A stretch of DNA of 38,017 nucleotides, taken from positions 1 through 38,017 of the forward strand of contig JAQBFN010000013.1 in assembly GCA_032123335.1 (NCBI GenBank), read 5' to 3'. Under the pieces are notes generated by a model. The model saw only the letters and a list, made by a program, of their open reading frames with translations. It made no database searches and was not told where the DNA came from. This stretch comes from Candidatus Micrarchaeota archaeon. Lineage in GTDB: Archaea; Micrarchaeota; Micrarchaeia; Anstonellales; Bilamarchaeaceae. Shown here piece by piece: positions 36,945 to 38,017 of this stretch (its first letter is position 1; each line of letters starts with the position of its first letter). Position numbers and translations under genes: made by a program.

Positions 36945-38017
36945 ATGCAAAACGTTCGAAGAATTGCTGGTGTTGGGAATGCTGATATTCAGACGAAAAT
37001 TTCTGCTCCTAAACCATTCAACACTGAGCCGCTCCAGGATGGGGCAAACCCTGGAAAGTTCTGCCGTGCACTTACTGCGGTTGGAAAAGGGTTCAGGATA
37101 TTCGCTTCAGGGGTTGCATCAACTTTTGCTGAAATGAAGAACAGCAGAGTAGCCCGAGTTGCCGCAGGAACTGCAGCAGCACTTGCCGTTACCGCATGCC
37201 TTTCTTCCGGATGCCAGGGCCAGATGCCAACTGCTTTCATGGGGGATCCTGATGGCGGAAAGTACTCTGATACAGACACCGATACTGATACAGACACAGA
37301 CACGGATACTGACACGGATACAGATACGGATACAGACTCGGATACTGACACTGACACGGACACGGACACAGACACAGACTCGGATACTGACACTGATACT
37401 GACACAGATACAGACACTGACACAGTAGACCCGGATGAAATCCAGATGGAGGTGGAAGGCGCCCCCGGAGTCCCGGAAACGTTCTCAATCGTATATCCTT
37501 CAGGATACTGCTCAATAAGCACGCACGGCGCTTTGCATATTGATACTCTGGAAGGAGAGTTTACAATCAGCATCAGTGGAGTTTCACCCTTCGGAAGCAG
37601 TTCAACTGCTTTCCAAGGAGACAGAATTTCAATTATTCCTTATGGAGACACAATGGTTCCAGCAAGTGTGTGTGTTTGGCTCCATGGGCTTGATGACTCA
37701 GGAACCCTTGTTATCATAGAAGCAAACGATGGCAACTCTTATGCCTATGAAATGGGCGCGATGGTATCCGGAAACATGAAAGTGACCCATGACCACAACG
37801 GAACTGAGCGCTATTTCTGGATTTTTGATTCAGCGGGCTACACCACTCCAACCGGCAACACAGAAGTTTGGTTCGCAAACGAGGCGGGAGATTACCTTGG
37901 AAACCCAATTTTTGAGGCACTTGGCTCTTCATTGGGAAGGAGTGGAGAGTATGTCCAGTTGCGCTCTGCTGAAGATGCAACTTCCAGCGGAATGCAATAT
38001 ACCTTCATGTACGCAAC
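36945..38017 (+). CDS. putative surface lipoprotein with Asp-Thr repeat, 3' partial
   Basis: Open frame from MQNVRRIAG to the window end; AAALAVTACLSSGC lipobox-like segment; (DT/DS)x26; not in the ORF track because it has no stop. Confidence 0.8.
   Translation, partial: MQNVRRIAGVGNADIQTKISAPKPFNTEPLQDGANPGKFCRALTAVGKGFRIFASGVASTFAEMKNSRVARVAAGTAAALAVTACLSSGCQGQMPTAFMGDPDGGKYSDTDTDTDTDTDTDTDTDTDTDTDSDTDTDTDTDTDTDSDTDTDTDTDTDTDTVDPDEIQMEVEGAPGVPETFSIVYPSGYCSISTHGALHIDTLEGEFTISISGVSPFGSSSTAFQGDRISIIPYGDTMVPASVCVWLHGLDDSGTLVIIEANDGNSYAYEMGAMVSGNMKVTHDHNGTERYFWIFDSAGYTTPTGNTEVWFANEAGDYLGNPIFEALGSSLGRSGEYVQLRSAEDATSSGMQYTFMYA
37269..37424 (+). repeat. hexanucleotide coding repeat GAYACN (DT dipeptide)
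   Basis: 26 degenerate 6-mers varying at synonymous positions. Confidence 0.92.

Noticed and set aside
36989..37573. 194-aa SV-repeat ORF (and 37159-37428, 37237-37515)
   Set aside because: These are antisense or alternate-frame shadows of the DT repeat gene.

Overview
Gene-dense archaeal chromosomal segment, most consistent with a DPANN lineage such as Micrarchaeota (taxonomy is inferred). Archaeal markers include gatD/gatE, rpoK, aEF-1beta, Bud32, CDC48, ftsZ-secE-spt5, TATA promoters and intron-containing tRNAs. The window holds about 40 CDS: housekeeping genes, a bacterial-type folate one-carbon set (glyA, folD, purN, folC, 5-FCL), argG/argH and panD. It also holds 5 tRNAs (Ser-GCT, Ala-CGC, Trp-CCA with intron, Arg-GCG, Leu-CAA with intron) and an SRP RNA. 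No transposase, integrase or CRISPR array was seen. The most unusual signals are: (1) a tandem array of double-hairpin units, each delimited by the last 6 nt of tRNA-Leu, with related tRNA-end hairpin elements upstream of tRNA-Leu and behind tRNA-Arg; (2) a stand-alone 39-aa NrdJ-like Zn-ribbon gene missed by the ORF track; (3) uL11 lacking its N-terminal domain together with a C-terminally truncated or split Rqc2/NFACT; (4) two CDS starting exactly 2 nt after a tRNA discriminator base; (5) a 29-nt inverted duplication at the window start that is probably an artefact.
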